Virus record (IMG/VR): IMGVR_UViG_3300025030_000106
Coordinates: 1 to 62,897 of that record
Source of the DNA: a virus
Lineage: Duplodnaviria; Caudoviricetes
Reading direction: 5' to 3' (one strand)
Length of the DNA stretch: 62,897 nt
Shown here: positions 19,328 through 30,893 of the stretch, piece after piece
Position numbering within the stretch: the first letter of the stretch is position 1
How the letters are laid out: every line of letters begins with the position of its first letter
Translations under genes and position numbers: made by a program
The notes under the pieces: generated by a model
Database searches by the model: none
Seen by the model: the letters and a program-made list of their open reading frames with translations, nothing else
Told to the model about the DNA's origin: nothing

Positions 19328-19931
19328 TCAATCACCTCCTTCTTTTATTGTTTCACTGGTAACCTTAACGCCACAGCCCAAGATCCAGCCAGCCAATTTG
19401 AACAGGGCTGTGGCAATGATCAGCCGAAGCCTGAACATCTCGGAGATCGTGATCTTGACCTCAAGCTGGTGCTTTGGGGTCAGCTTGCCAATTGTTATTC
19501 CATCGACTTTCATCCTTGTCCTCTCAAAGCGCCCTCGGATAAACGACCCGAAGGCCCTCGAATGTTTTTGGATAGGCAGCAATCACTGGCTTACCTGTGA
19601 GAAAGTCAGAAAACTGATAGCACTGCCCTTTATCAACGGAGACATCAATGGCTGAGCCGTACCGTTTCGCCCACTTTTTATTGACCCGTTTCTTATGGTG
19701 ACCCCGAGCTTGTTTTGTTGGCCAAGACATCCGGATCAGTTTTGGGGATACTGGTACTGCAGGCATCGAATACAGCTTCTGCCTCATCTCCAGTATCTTG
19801 GCAAGAGTAAGCGCTTGGGTAGTTGAGGCTGCTTCAGTCGTTGTACAGGCTTCAGGCAGGCTGCCACTCATCAGCTTAATAAACTCCATCTCTATTTCAT
19901 CTTTCCACATTTTAACCGTTGCGCCTCTCAA
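19328..19931 (-). other. Two small hypothetical CDS (19328-19513, 19524-19931)
   Basis: ORF track; start codons uncertain. Confidence 0.45.
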
Positions 19932-22609
19932 TTATGCCCTACCAACCTGAGCCCGGCATAGCACCAGCACCCTTTGTGATAGATGGCAGAGTACTTTTTA
20001 TCCATAGCCTCAACAAAGGCCTGTTTTTGAATCAGCCTGTTATGTGATTTCTCGCACCAGTCACTGTAAGCGTGGAAGATGGCGTCGCGATTAACAATGC
20101 TATTGACGTCATGGATAACGTAATCACCGTCAGAGACGAAGCCGGTCACCGGGTTGATCCTGATCTGCCACTGATCCATGATGTGATTATGTGTCTTGGT
20201 ATGCGTGAAGTGGTTTTGCTCCAGCAGTCGGGAGGCCCCCTCCAGCGCCCAGTTTAAGATGCCTGGGCCCTCGGCCTCGGCAACGATCCTGCCAAAGTCG
20301 CTGATCCTGTCCTCCTCGCTGATCACGGAGTCAAAACCCATAAACAGCCACCGTCGGAGCATGCCCTCGGAAGCGTCGTCGGAGTCGATGAAATAGTTGG
20401 AGGAGAAAACCTGTGAGCAGATCGGAACAAAAGAAAACGGCGCCTCGTAGAGACGCCGGGCGGAAACGAGTGAGCTGTCAACGATCTGCTTGAAGATCTC
20501 TCCTGGGATCTTTTTGCTCGAGGGCAGCTCCGGCACGAGGTTGAGCAACTTCCCGGCCATGCTCGCCCGATACGACCCCTCTTTCATATCAAAAGGCGAA
20601 ATCACGCAGACATAATCCTGCGGGACGATATGCCGGATGATATTGAACATAACGCCTTTGCCGTTGGCGCCCGGCCCCTTGAACAGCACTGCTTTATGAA
20701 ACTGGTAGTTCAGGATCCCAAACAGGATCGCGCCAAAGATCTCTTGCATGAGGTCGATCTGTGTCGGATCATTCTGAAATGCCCACTGCAGGAACCCGTC
20801 AAACATCTGGATAGAGCAGTTGGGGTCGGCGTCAACCTTAAACATGTGCCTGATCTTGTATTTGGAGTCATGCCTGGTCTCGTTGATATCCTTGCCGTTG
20901 ACGATATAGCAGGCAGAGGGCGTGGCGAAACAGGGTTGATGGTTGACAAAAAACAACTCGTCCTTGAGCTTGTCGTAGATGTGGACGGCAATAGCTTTAT
21001 AGTCCTGCTTCCGGGAGCACCTGGCCACGCCGTCAAAGCTGGAGATCATCCCCTGTTGCACGGCGTTGAGGTCCAGACTTTCCCAGACGCACTTGCCATT
21101 GTACTGGTAGACAGCCCCCTCGGCGCCGACGACATCCTTGGGCAATTGTTTGATATACAGTTCAGCAATTTGGTCATGCGTAAGGTCCTCGTCATCATCA
21201 GGAGGAACAAGGCCGGCAAGGTAGCCGTTCTCACCGACCTTGTTCTTAAGCTCTACAGCCTCCCTCTCCGCTTTCTTGAAGCCAGTCAAATCCTTACGCA
21301 GGACCGTGACGCTGACGCCAAGGGCGATCTTTAACCTCTCGAGTAATTTAGCCTCAGCTACCGCGGAGTCAGAGGCAGAGGCCACCATCCTGAGCCAGTT
21401 GTCCTCTATCTCCTTGCCTGAGGCGTTATTCAGCCACTCATCAAAGGTCGCCTCGTCATGCTTGAGCCTGAAGGTCCGTCCACCGTGGGCAAATGAATTA
21501 CAGATGATGCTGCCGTCTTCGTTGACGAAGATCTTGGCCTTTGACTTGCCGTACTCAGGTTCCAGCGGGTCCCGGAAAGACATTCCGACGAACGACTGCG
21601 GATCGTTCAGAATATCCTTGACGGAGACGTAGCCGTCTTCGTCGGTCTGGAGCCAATCCTGTGACAAGAGGTAGCCGTCGTACCGGCTGTTGATAACTTT
21701 CTTGGCGGTAACGACTGCCAATCCACCGGTCTTTGCGAGAGACTCGGCCTGCTTCTGGATATAGACCTTCCTGACCCGGGAGATCTCGTTGCTGAGTTCT
21801 GCCTTTTTCTTGGCGATCAGCACCTTGACCGGGGCGAGAAAGTTGGAATTGAGAAGCTCAACCTTCTTCAGATCTATTGTCTTCCCCGGGTAGAACTCCG
21901 TCTTTGGCAACTTCTGCGTCAGGCCCGACGTCAATTGGGCGCCGGCCTCAAACACCAACCGCTCCGGAGAGAATACCGCGGTGTCAAAAATCACCCGCTC
22001 AAGGGCCGTGCCGGCTGCCGAGATCATGATCCAGCCCAGCTCCTTGAACCAGCACTCACACTTCAAGGTGGTGATGAAAGGAACGAGGCCTTCTGGATTC
22101 TCGCAGGGGACATACACATGCTGACCTGTCAACCCGGTCAATTCTTTCTCCCCATCGTAAATGAACGACGACGACGACGGGCGCCACAGCATCGCCACGT
22201 CACTCAGCGCCGGATGCAGCGACCGCAACTTCGCGATCAACCCCTCTTTCGTCAGCGGCGTTTTGCCAGGCGGCGGGTCATAGTCGAAGTAGATCATAAA
22301 CCGGTCAGCAAACCTGAACTCTTCTTTCGTCCTGGTGATGGCCCCTGGGTGTTTATCCTGCATCCCGACAGCCACCAGATCACCACTTGAAACCGTGGGC
22401 ACTCCCAAAGTAATGGCTTGGTTTAAAGCCAAGCCATCCAGAATCTCCCCAACACTCTCGAAAGTAACGTCAACGCGCTCAACAGAACCTTCTGTCAGTT
22501 TGCATTTACTTGAATCTTTCTTGAGTATCCCCTCTTCGGTCAGTGAGAATTCTTTTGTCAGGATGCCTTGGTTTTTCGTGATGATCGAAAAACCTATTGC
22601 ATCTGACAT
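19928..22609 (-). CDS. Primase-helicase (PrimPol-like N-terminus, P4/D5 SF3 helicase, C-terminal winged helix)
   Basis: YFDYD and GQHVY primase-like motifs; GPGANGKG Walker A; SSN and LRRW motifs. Confidence 0.9.
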   Translation of the reverse strand: MSDAIGFSIITKNQGILTKEFSLTEEGILKKDSSKCKLTEGSVERVDVTFESVGEILDGLALNQAITLGVPTVSSGDLVAVGMQDKHPGAITRTKEEFRFADRFMIYFDYDPPPGKTPLTKEGLIAKLRSLHPALSDVAMLWRPSSSSFIYDGEKELTGLTGQHVYVPCENPEGLVPFITTLKCECWFKELGWIMISAAGTALERVIFDTAVFSPERLVFEAGAQLTSGLTQKLPKTEFYPGKTIDLKKVELLNSNFLAPVKVLIAKKKAELSNEISRVRKVYIQKQAESLAKTGGLAVVTAKKVINSRYDGYLLSQDWLQTDEDGYVSVKDILNDPQSFVGMSFRDPLEPEYGKSKAKIFVNEDGSIICNSFAHGGRTFRLKHDEATFDEWLNNASGKEIEDNWLRMVASASDSAVAEAKLLERLKIALGVSVTVLRKDLTGFKKAEREAVELKNKVGENGYLAGLVPPDDDEDLTHDQIAELYIKQLPKDVVGAEGAVYQYNGKCVWESLDLNAVQQGMISSFDGVARCSRKQDYKAIAVHIYDKLKDELFFVNHQPCFATPSACYIVNGKDINETRHDSKYKIRHMFKVDADPNCSIQMFDGFLQWAFQNDPTQIDLMQEIFGAILFGILNYQFHKAVLFKGPGANGKGVMFNIIRHIVPQDYVCVISPFDMKEGSYRASMAGKLLNLVPELPSSKKIPGEIFKQIVDSSLVSARRLYEAPFSFVPICSQVFSSNYFIDSDDASEGMLRRWLFMGFDSVISEEDRISDFGRIVAEAEGPGILNWALEGASRLLEQNHFTHTKTHNHIMDQWQIRINPVTGFVSDGDYVIHDVNSIVNRDAIFHAYSDWCEKSHNRLIQKQAFVEAMDKKYSAIYHKGCWCYAGLRLVGHN

Positions 22610-22806
22610 TCCTCTGTCCCCTTCACCCAGTCTTCAAAGTTACCTACCGCCCCACCAGTTGCCTCTTTGACTTTGATCAGCCCAGTAATATCAGGAACCC
22701 GGGAGAGTTCACACCAGCGGAAAACAGTCACCCGGGATTTCCCGACCCTCCTGCCGAACTCGGCTTTGGAGATAGCATGCAATTGCAGGTACTTAGAAAG
22801 TTTCAT
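22594..22806 (-). CDS. Cro-like HTH regulator
   Basis: ISKAEFGRRVGKSRVTVFRW...RVP...IKEATGGAV. Confidence 0.8.
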   Translation of the reverse strand: MKLSKYLQLHAISKAEFGRRVGKSRVTVFRWCELSRVPDITGLIKVKEATGGAVGNFEDWVKGTEECQMQ

Positions 22807-22880
22807 AGGCGGCTACCATTGAAGATTTTTATGAACGAGATGTTTTTATCTTATGAGCTTTGATACCGTAAAGTCAACTT

Positions 22881-23749
22881 TTATTTCTGATTTTTCAAAT
22901 AGTCGGGTTTCCCTGAGTACTTAGCCAAGGCTTTGTTGGCTTTCTGGGCGATCCGGCGCAACTGCGCGACAAAGCCCTCTGGCGAGAGCAGCAAATGATG
23001 GGCACCGTGGAGCGCGATGTGCTGCTCAAAGGCGTCATAGACCCGCCGCATGGCTGCGTTATCCTTGAGCAGGGCCATCAGGCCCGGCTTTGACAGCAGG
23101 AAATTCCTGACCAATGCCTCCTCAGAGGCGCCCTCATCCGCAGCCATCACCGTGTGCGTCACCAGGAACATCCTGAACGCCCGCTCCTTGTCCCGAGAGT
23201 CCTTGGCGTCGATGAATTCGTCCTTGCATTTCCGGCTGATCTCCTCCAGCCTGTCGGCCGACGTTTCTATCTCTGCCAACGGCAACGGCTCGTCGAACGG
23301 CACTAGCTCATTGTTATCTTCAGTCATGAGATTCTACAAGCTCCTTCAGTTTATCAATAGCAAATTGGAACCTCATCATTACATATTCTTCATTGAAATG
23401 GAGCAATTCTTCTGGAGAGAAATTAATCGCAGAGACGTAACCAATTTTATTCACAGTCATAGATAACTGAACTTCAATCAGACCGTCAAACATTCTGATG
23501 ATCATTTTGCAGTTGTCACCAAATTCTCTTTGCAATATTTTCATTGCATCAAATAGATCAAACTTCATTATCACCCTCCTGGATTCTTTCTGTAGAAAAC
23601 GCTGTGGTTACTGTTAACGTTATAGTATAATCTTTGTCACAGTTCGGACATGAAGCAACCCAATCGTCTCCATCGTCTTTCGGAGAGAGCCCATCTGCCC
23701 AATCAAAGTCAATAAAATTACAATAGGGACAGACCGGTAAAGGATTCAT
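22881..23749 (-). other. Three hypothetical CDS (22881-23327, 23320-23574, 23558-23749 zinc ribbon)
   Basis: Overlapping ORFs; CPYC and CPNC in the last. Confidence 0.55.
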
Positions 23750-23768
23750 ACAGTAGTCTAGATTGTTG

Positions 23769-24308
23769 TTACCCACGTTTTCCACTTGTCCCCCTATTAA
23801 GTTCAGCAATGAGAAGGTCTTGTTCAGCCCGACGTAGTTCCTGACGTCGACGTTCCTCTTCAGGATCAGGCTCGGGTTGGAAGTCCGGCAGCCGGTACTG
23901 AAGATTGTCTCTGTTTGCCGCAATCAAGACGTTGGCCTCTTCCAAGGTATTGACGGCAAGCTCCAGCCCATCAAAACACCACCCGCCCCTGTAATGGACC
24001 AACCGATGCTTCTGCTGCAGACGCTCCATCAAAAACATCTTCGGTGGAGTATAGTTGGTATGGTAGGTCGCGTTATGCTCATACCAAGCATAGAATATCT
24101 GCAGCAGCATATCCCGGGACAGCTTGCCGCCGGGCTTCTCCCGCAGCATGATGTTCATAAACATGTCCGTGATCTCCAGGTCAGTCCGGAACCCGGCACT
24201 GCCAATCGGCTGAATAAATGATCTATGGCAATTCTGAGTATACTCCTTCAGGAATTTCTGCATCCACTTGTTAAATGGATCCTGAGAGAGCAGTCGCTCA
24301 AGATTCAT
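23769..24308 (-). CDS. Stand-alone paralog of the primase-helicase C-terminal winged-helix domain
   Basis: RDMLLQIFYAWYE...FLMERLQQKHRLVHYRGGWCFDGLEL aligns with primase RDAIFHAYSDWCE...FVEAMDKKYSAIYHKGCWCYAGLRL. Confidence 0.65.
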   Translation of the reverse strand: MNLERLLSQDPFNKWMQKFLKEYTQNCHRSFIQPIGSAGFRTDLEITDMFMNIMLREKPGGKLSRDMLLQIFYAWYEHNATYHTNYTPPKMFLMERLQQKHRLVHYRGGWCFDGLELAVNTLEEANVLIAANRDNLQYRLPDFQPEPDPEEERRRQELRRAEQDLLIAELNRGTSGKRG

Positions 24309-24672
24309 CTGGGGCTCCCTTATGTGGCAGATCCAGCAGCAATGGTGCTTTGTCGTCGAGGTCAAAGACCTCCTTATTAGAAGCGATCCTCAAGAGATCC
24401 TCAGCAGCCTCCACCTGGGCTTGAAGGATCTTTATCTGCCGGCGCTTCCGGGCAGCATAGGATTCATAGGCCTGCGCTTTTGTTTCACAAGCCCACTTCT
24501 TATGGGCCTTGAGATTGACAAACTTCTTATCGCTCCTCCAACCGAGATCAATCCACACCCCGCAAGGAGTTCTCTTGAGGATCAGATATTCCTGAGGTTT
24601 CTTGTGACGATTCCAAGGATAGTCTCGCACATCGGAATCTTCAAACCGATAGAGATACTCGACCTTATTCAC
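24298..24672 (-). CDS. Hypothetical phage protein
   Basis: KRTPCGVWI...KKWACETK.QA.ESY.ARK.RQI. Confidence 0.6.
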   Translation of the reverse strand: MNKVEYLYRFEDSDVRDYPWNRHKKPQEYLILKRTPCGVWIDLGWRSDKKFVNLKAHKKWACETKAQAYESYAARKRRQIKILQAQVEAAEDLLRIASNKEVFDLDDKAPLLLDLPHKGAPDES

Positions 24673-24845
24673 GGCACGACCTCTGCCTTCTTGTTTTTCT
24701 TGGCCTCGAGCCCGACCTTGACCAGGACCGCGATCATGTTCGAAACTGTCCGCCCGTCCTCAATTGCCAGGTCCTGCACCTGTTTATAGAGTTCCCAGTG
24801 CATTGATACTGACGACGTCACCCTCGTTCTTTTTACCGTGTTCAT
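24669..24845 (-). CDS. Arc/CopG-like ribbon-helix-helix protein, 58 aa (not in ORF track)
   Basis: Manual translation MNTVKRTRVTSSVSMHWELYKQVQDLAIEDGRTVSNMIAVLVKVGLEAKK; GGAGG RBS. Confidence 0.7.
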   Translation of the reverse strand: MNTVKRTRVTSSVSMHWELYKQVQDLAIEDGRTVSNMIAVLVKVGLEAKKNKKAEVVP

Positions 24846-27452
24846 GCCTGAACCTCCGAATTCGGAACACTGTTGTTTGTCAACTGCCGCGCATCACCAC
24901 CCCCGGGCCCCGCCATAAGAGCATCGAGTTTAGCCCTGACGGCGTCGTGCCCGACGTCATCACCGAACTTCTGCCCTTGCAGGTAGGTCTCGTTCATAAA
25001 CTGCCCATTCCCATTCAACAGCCAACGTAGACGTCTGGCGTCTGCTGCATCACTTCGATCAATACTCATTGTTTCTCTCCTTGAGTTCGTCAAAACTTTG
25101 AGGTTGTTCTGACAGTTGTTTAAAACACTCGCCACACAGCGTGTCAACACCCTCTTCAATCACCAAGACCCACTTTCCGCAACCGGCACAGCGGATCTTG
25201 TATGTCTCCAACCCAGGTTCAGTCATTTTGAGTCCTCCTCATCAACTGAAGGGACTCTGTGAAAAACACCCTCCTCATCAGCATAAACGATACTCCCGTT
25301 CAAAAAATCTGGGATGAACCGGTACTCCACGTTCAGGTCATTCAAGTCAACCGGGGCTGGCACCTTCATGTAAAACCCTAACGGCATACGTCGATAAACT
25401 CCTGGTCCGGTAGGATCCCCTGCTTCCGACCAAGATGTTCCTGAGATATACCCTCCGATGACAGAGAGCAAAAAGCCCATTACCGCGATGGCTACACCAA
25501 GGAATACAAGAATAGCTGGATCAATGTGTTTCATTTTGCCTCCGGGGGTTCAGGTAGCGGTTGCCAGTGGATTATACAGGTATATCCAGCCACTCGGTCG
25601 GGTTTTGGATGTGTGTTCTTGGGCCACCCAGTCGAAACCAACCTGCCGGCACAGCAAGAAACGTTGTCCCGTCAATGACGCGCTCGGGTCGCCTGTATCT
25701 CCACTGCACCAAATCAGGTAGCCCCTTTCCCTCGCGGATCAAAATTGGCCTGTCCATTGGTGATGTCCCTATCGGTTGCCACTGAGAGGCGCGGGTGTTC
25801 CGCGCAAGCTCGGCTTCGAGATGCTGGGCTTTCCTAATAAATCTATCCATAGTCCACTCGTCTGGACGATCTGCTCGCCATGCGGATAAGTCATTTGTCA
25901 GTGTTTTTCCTTTATGATCTTCGGCACAATGTTTGCACATATCTCTCCTTAAAGTGTACGGCGGGCAGAGAATCGAACTCTGCACTGTGCGGAAATACGC
26001 AATACCCTTTCTTGCGCCACCGCCGTACTATTTTATTTCAGCCTTTCCGTTACTGCATCAAGCCGGTTTTGGCATAATAAAAATCAACCAGAGCATTGAA
26101 CATTTTCCAACCTCGTACAATATCTTCTTTCACTTGCTCCGTGCCTCCATGGCCCTGTCGGCTATCGTTACAAAAATACGATACGCACTACTCAGCTCAT
26201 CTTTCCCGTGGGTCAGCTCATCTTCCACACAAGTTTCAGCGATTGTTTCTATCTCCATCAGCGCCTCATCCTTCCGCGCAAGCTCGGCTTCTAGATGCTG
26301 GATGCGGCCGTATGCCTCGCCGCCATAACAGGCGCAATCATGATCCTGACACATAGCCCCTCCTCAGCAATCCCTCGAATCTATGATAGCAACGATTATC
26401 CAAAACGCTGAGTATAAAACTCCTATATCGTCACCATCCCCGAGAAAGGTGTTCAAACCAAGGGCAATCAATATCATTACCAATGAGAAGAATTTCATCC
26501 CAACTCCTCCTCAACCACCACCACCTCCAAAACCATCCTGGGCCCGGGCAGGCACTTCTGCTCCCATTGGAAGTCCGGCGCAACGTTAACGTCGACGTTA
26601 TGGTCCCGGAGGAATCCCATAATCTCATCATAGGGTATTCGGGAAGCCCTGCCAAACTCCATCAGGGCGCCCATCAACATCTGGGTATTCTGCCGCTCCT
26701 CGGCAACTTTATCAGACAGATACTCTGAGCCTTTGTTCCGACGGAGCAGCCGGGCGGTCAGCAACCACTTGCCAAACCCCAAGGCAGTCTTTTTGAACTG
26801 TTCAGATTTCAACACACTCATTTCTGATCCTCCTCGTTGATAAATTCAGCAACACTCTTGTCATACGGCGGCACTGAGACGTTCCAAGCCGCACAAAATT
26901 TCAGGCTGATCTGCTGCAGGACCTCCTCCACCCGCACTTGGCAGACTTGAGCATGCAAGGTGCTCTCCTCTGCCAAGACCCTCTCGTAGTGGTTGGTCGT
27001 CAGGATATTCCCAAACCAGGCCCCGACGCCAAACACACTGCAGATGAACAGAAATTTTAGCCACCACTTCATCAGGGCTCCTGATACCGCTGTAAGAAAT
27101 CACAAACCCGGGCCCGGGCAGCCGGAGACAACTTGCTGATGCAATCACTGGGCAGATCTCCGTGCCAAGCATTATCAAGATAGGACTCCAGATCATCCCA
27201 GATCTGCCCGAACCACCAACCGTTGGAGAAAAAGTGCTCAATGATACCTTGGCAGTCGACACAGACCTTGTAATTCCTGGCGGTCCCTTCACCAAAGCAG
27301 GTGTGATAGTAATACTCCTGTCCCTTCTTAATCTGGACTGAGCACTCACCACAAATATGGTCCTTGCCGGCATGCTTGATGTGTCTCACGCCCCAGTGCC
27401 AGTCCTCAGACTCTTCCATATAGCCAATAGCATTGCAGGAGCAATTCATCAT
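24842..27452 (-). other. Cluster of small hypothetical CDS (24842-25069, 25223-25534, 25572-25940, 26130-26354, 26495-26821, 26818-27072, 27072-27452)
   Basis: RBS-preceded, often overlapping ORFs; several TM or Cys-rich; WQPIGTSP motif in 25572-25940. Confidence 0.55.
25956..26028 (-). ncRNA. tRNA-like element 1 (acceptor stem and T arm, no canonical anticodon arm, no encoded CCA)
   Basis: GTACGGCGG/CCGCCGTAC stem, TGGCG after the 5' strand, GCAGAG-TTCGATT-CTCTGC T arm. Confidence 0.6.
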
Positions 27453-27500
27453 TTCATCGCCCTCCTGACTTCTTAGATTGTAGCATAATTGTTATTTCTA

Positions 27501-28913
27501 TTACAAGAGAAAATCTTGCAACGACTTCTTATCACCAATGACATCAGACAGAACTTTGTCCTTAACGATCAGATTGTCGTAGATCCTTTCTTGGATTGTG
27601 CCAGCGGCCAGGAATATGCTCACGAACTGCTTCCGCGCCTGGCCATCTCTGTGGATCCGCCCGACGGCCTGCTTAAACGTCGGCGGATCAGGTGGAATCT
27701 CGATAAAAATCTCGTGCCGAGCATGCTGCAGATCCAGTCCGACGCCACCAGACTTGCAGTGTGCGACCATTCTGTTGACGTCGGCCTTAAAAGCGTCCTC
27801 ACTCTTGTTCTTTTGCATCTGCGTAAAGTCGCTCCACAGCCCGACGGCAGTATTACCAAGATGCTGAAGGACCCTCCGGTTCGTGTCGATGAAGTGACCG
27901 TAGATGATGACCTTCTCGTCGGGCCCAAGTTCCTCAAGACGTTCATCGAGCAGTTCCAGATACACCGGCGGAAACTCGGCGCCAAACATCTCCGGGTTCG
28001 TCACCATCTGCTGGAGCCTGGTGAACAACGAGTCAATTTCCTTCCCGTTCTTGGCTGCATATGCTGGAAATTCCGCAACCGCGGTGCTGGTCATCTTCTG
28101 GTAGAGCCTCAAGTGCCTATGATCGAGGTCATACTTGATCGGAATGTAGGTGATCGGCGGAATGTCCAGCAACTCGTCGGCGTTGGCGTCAAACCTGCGG
28201 AGTTTGAAATTGGTCTCCAAGAGGTCCATATTCTTGAACACCCTGGGCTTCTTGTACTGGTCAAACTTTGCCACGTGCAGATGGTTGAATTGCTCCTGGG
28301 TTTTGTACACGAACGGCGTCAACGTCTTGATGTAGCCATACGCCTGGCCCGGGTTCGACACCGGCGTCGCGTTCAGCAGCGTGAATGGCTTCACCGGATC
28401 GTCCGTGTCCAAGGCATTCAGTTGCTTCACAGTCAGCACATTGTAAAACAGTTGCCGCAGATTCTTGAATGTCTTGGAGCCTGAATCGCGGAGGCTAACC
28501 TCGTCACAGATCACATATACCTTCCGAGCCTTCATCTGAGTGTAGACCTTGTCAAAGTCTTTCAGGAAGATCTGGTAGCCCATGATGATGATGGCCTCGG
28601 TAAGATTCATCTTGGCTCGCTCCTTCGGGCTGCCCTGATAGGCACAGGTTGAAGGAATATTCTCAAACTCTTTGACAAACTCGTGCCACTTCCTGATCAG
28701 AGTCGGCGGGCACAAGATCAAGATCTGCGTCGTGTCTCCTACAATTGACGAGCCCAGGGCCAAGAACCACGACACGATCGTCTTCCCGGTCCCGACGTCC
28801 ATCTTCTCCAGCGACGTCGAGTCAGCGCCGGCGTCGAGGATAATCTGACGTTGGAAGGGGTAGGGTGTGTACCTTGAGGGGAACTCCTTCCCGACCTTAT
28901 CTACGATGTCCAT
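27501..28913 (-). CDS. SNF2-like SF2 helicase
   Basis: MDVGTGKT, CDEVS, NATP, GGVGLDLQ and QAVGRIHRDGQ motifs. Confidence 0.9.
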   Translation of the reverse strand: MDIVDKVGKEFPSRYTPYPFQRQIILDAGADSTSLEKMDVGTGKTIVSWFLALGSSIVGDTTQILILCPPTLIRKWHEFVKEFENIPSTCAYQGSPKERAKMNLTEAIIIMGYQIFLKDFDKVYTQMKARKVYVICDEVSLRDSGSKTFKNLRQLFYNVLTVKQLNALDTDDPVKPFTLLNATPVSNPGQAYGYIKTLTPFVYKTQEQFNHLHVAKFDQYKKPRVFKNMDLLETNFKLRRFDANADELLDIPPITYIPIKYDLDHRHLRLYQKMTSTAVAEFPAYAAKNGKEIDSLFTRLQQMVTNPEMFGAEFPPVYLELLDERLEELGPDEKVIIYGHFIDTNRRVLQHLGNTAVGLWSDFTQMQKNKSEDAFKADVNRMVAHCKSGGVGLDLQHARHEIFIEIPPDPPTFKQAVGRIHRDGQARKQFVSIFLAAGTIQERIYDNLIVKDKVLSDVIGDKKSLQDFLL

Positions 28914-28922
28914 ACTTGGGCC

Positions 28923-30884
28923 TCAATTCTTGATCTCCTGTAGTTTTTGATCCTTACATTTCTTGAGATACTCCCCTATAGCTTTTTGGCTGTGCTCCTC
29001 ACCCGGGTGCCTTATAAAATAAAGGATAACATCAGCACCACATTCAAGTCCGAGGTTAAAGCCTGCAGTAAAGCCCCGCTCGTATTCAGTCTCAGGTGTC
29101 TCGACGTCAACGCCGACTTCCTGTAACTTTTGTTTATCCACGCACTCGAACCAATAGGCGCCCCGGACGAGTGTTCCCCCCTGCCGCTTGCAACTGGAGG
29201 AGGCCAACCAAAGAGCCGAAGCAAAAATTATGGCTACCCAGAGCAAACCTAATATCCAAAGGCCTTTCATTCCTCCCCCTCCCTGACGTGGGCTTCCAGT
29301 TTCTCAAACGCCCGCCGACCATCATCACCAAACATCTGGTGAAAATCCGACAGGCCCAGGCAGTACACATACCCGGGCGACTTGAACGCCGGCTTGGTCC
29401 GGTGCCGGAGCAACAGCCCTGCCGACAGCCCCACATCCATGGCAGAGCCGTCGGCGTTCTCCTTAAGGATCTTCGAGACCATGCACTCGCTCGGAACCAT
29501 GGCGAAGACGTCATAGCCACACAGCAGCTCCGGGATATACGAGACCGAGCAAGTCTTCCCAACCTTCAGGTCGAGCACGTCGAGGACCACGTCCTTATTG
29601 ACGATGTTGATTCCGGTGACCCTGAGATTCGTCAGGATATTGGGGACCGCGCTCCCGGAGAGGATGTTGTACACGACCAACAGCTTGCCGTGGAACACCC
29701 TGACAATAGCCAGGTCACCGAACTGTGCATAGTGCCGTTGCTCATCCTGGCTCATCTGCTCGATGTAATATTTACTGATCTCGTTTCGTTCTAGAATTTT
29801 ACTCATCCTCCCACCTCCTTGGGATCTTTGAAATCCTTATGATATGGGTTCATTTTGAGCAGGAACACCTCCTCACCCTTCTCCAGCAGCGAGCCGAACC
29901 GGACTTGGATCACGTTACCGTCCTGAGAAAGCGAGCCACGTTGATATTTCTTCCACTGCAACGCCCTCGCCAGCACAACGTCGAGGACAAGGTCAACGTC
30001 GCCGTACCAGTAGCGAGTGACGCCCAGCGCCGGCAGATCGCTGAGGTTGGCTTTGAAAAAATCAAACATCTGGACCGGGCTCAGCTCCGAACACAGTCTC
30101 TCCACGGTCCTGCCCCCGACGATCTGCCCCAGGGTCTCTTCATAAAGGAAGTCTTTGTCGAGGGTAAAAAAATGATGAAGGCCATCATTCCCAGGCTCAT
30201 ACTGAAACGGGACCGTACTGGCCCGGGTGACCAGATTGAACAACACCGGCGACCGACCAAAGTATGTGCTGTAGATCCCGGCCTGGCGCCCTTCACACAT
30301 AATATCGTACTTCTCGAGTGGTTGTACTGTTGCAAAAATCATGGGCTGTTGTCTCCTATTTACGTTTCAGATGAATCGGCAAGTTTTTAACAACCTCGAC
30401 GTCAGGACAGCCGTAGGCACGTTTATAATCCTTGAGCAGGAAGTCTTCCGGGACCGTGTCGGTGACGATTTTCTCCCGTGGGAACTTGACCCAGTCGTCT
30501 TTCTTGCTGCCGAAGATGAACGGGATCAACGCCGCCATCAACTGCCCTTGCTGGTTCTGCTGCGGCACGACCCTGGCGGCGTTCTTGATCATGATATTGT
30601 CCTCGTCGTGATAGGCAACCTCGGCGATGACGCTGACGTAGCCTTCAACGAGGAGCAACTGAATCTCTGCAACTTTCTCAGCCATTTTGAACCTCCGTTT
30701 AATCTTTAAAAAGTATGACTATTAAAACCATAACAACACAAAATTCCTGAAACTCAACTTCAGCTACCGGCCGCAACCAGAAATCAGCAGCAGATGGAGA
30801 GATCACTGGCCCAACAATAACCAACAGGCCAAACAAAAAGACGCAAAAGATTGTCATATAAACTTTTCCCAAAGAATCTCCCAT
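28923..30884 (-). other. Five hypothetical CDS (28923-29270, 29267-29806, 29803-30342, 30356-30685, 30699-30884)
   Basis: Overlapping ORFs with RBS; 30356-30685 is possibly an Sm-like beta barrel. Confidence 0.55.
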
Positions 30885-30893
30885 AGCACCTCC

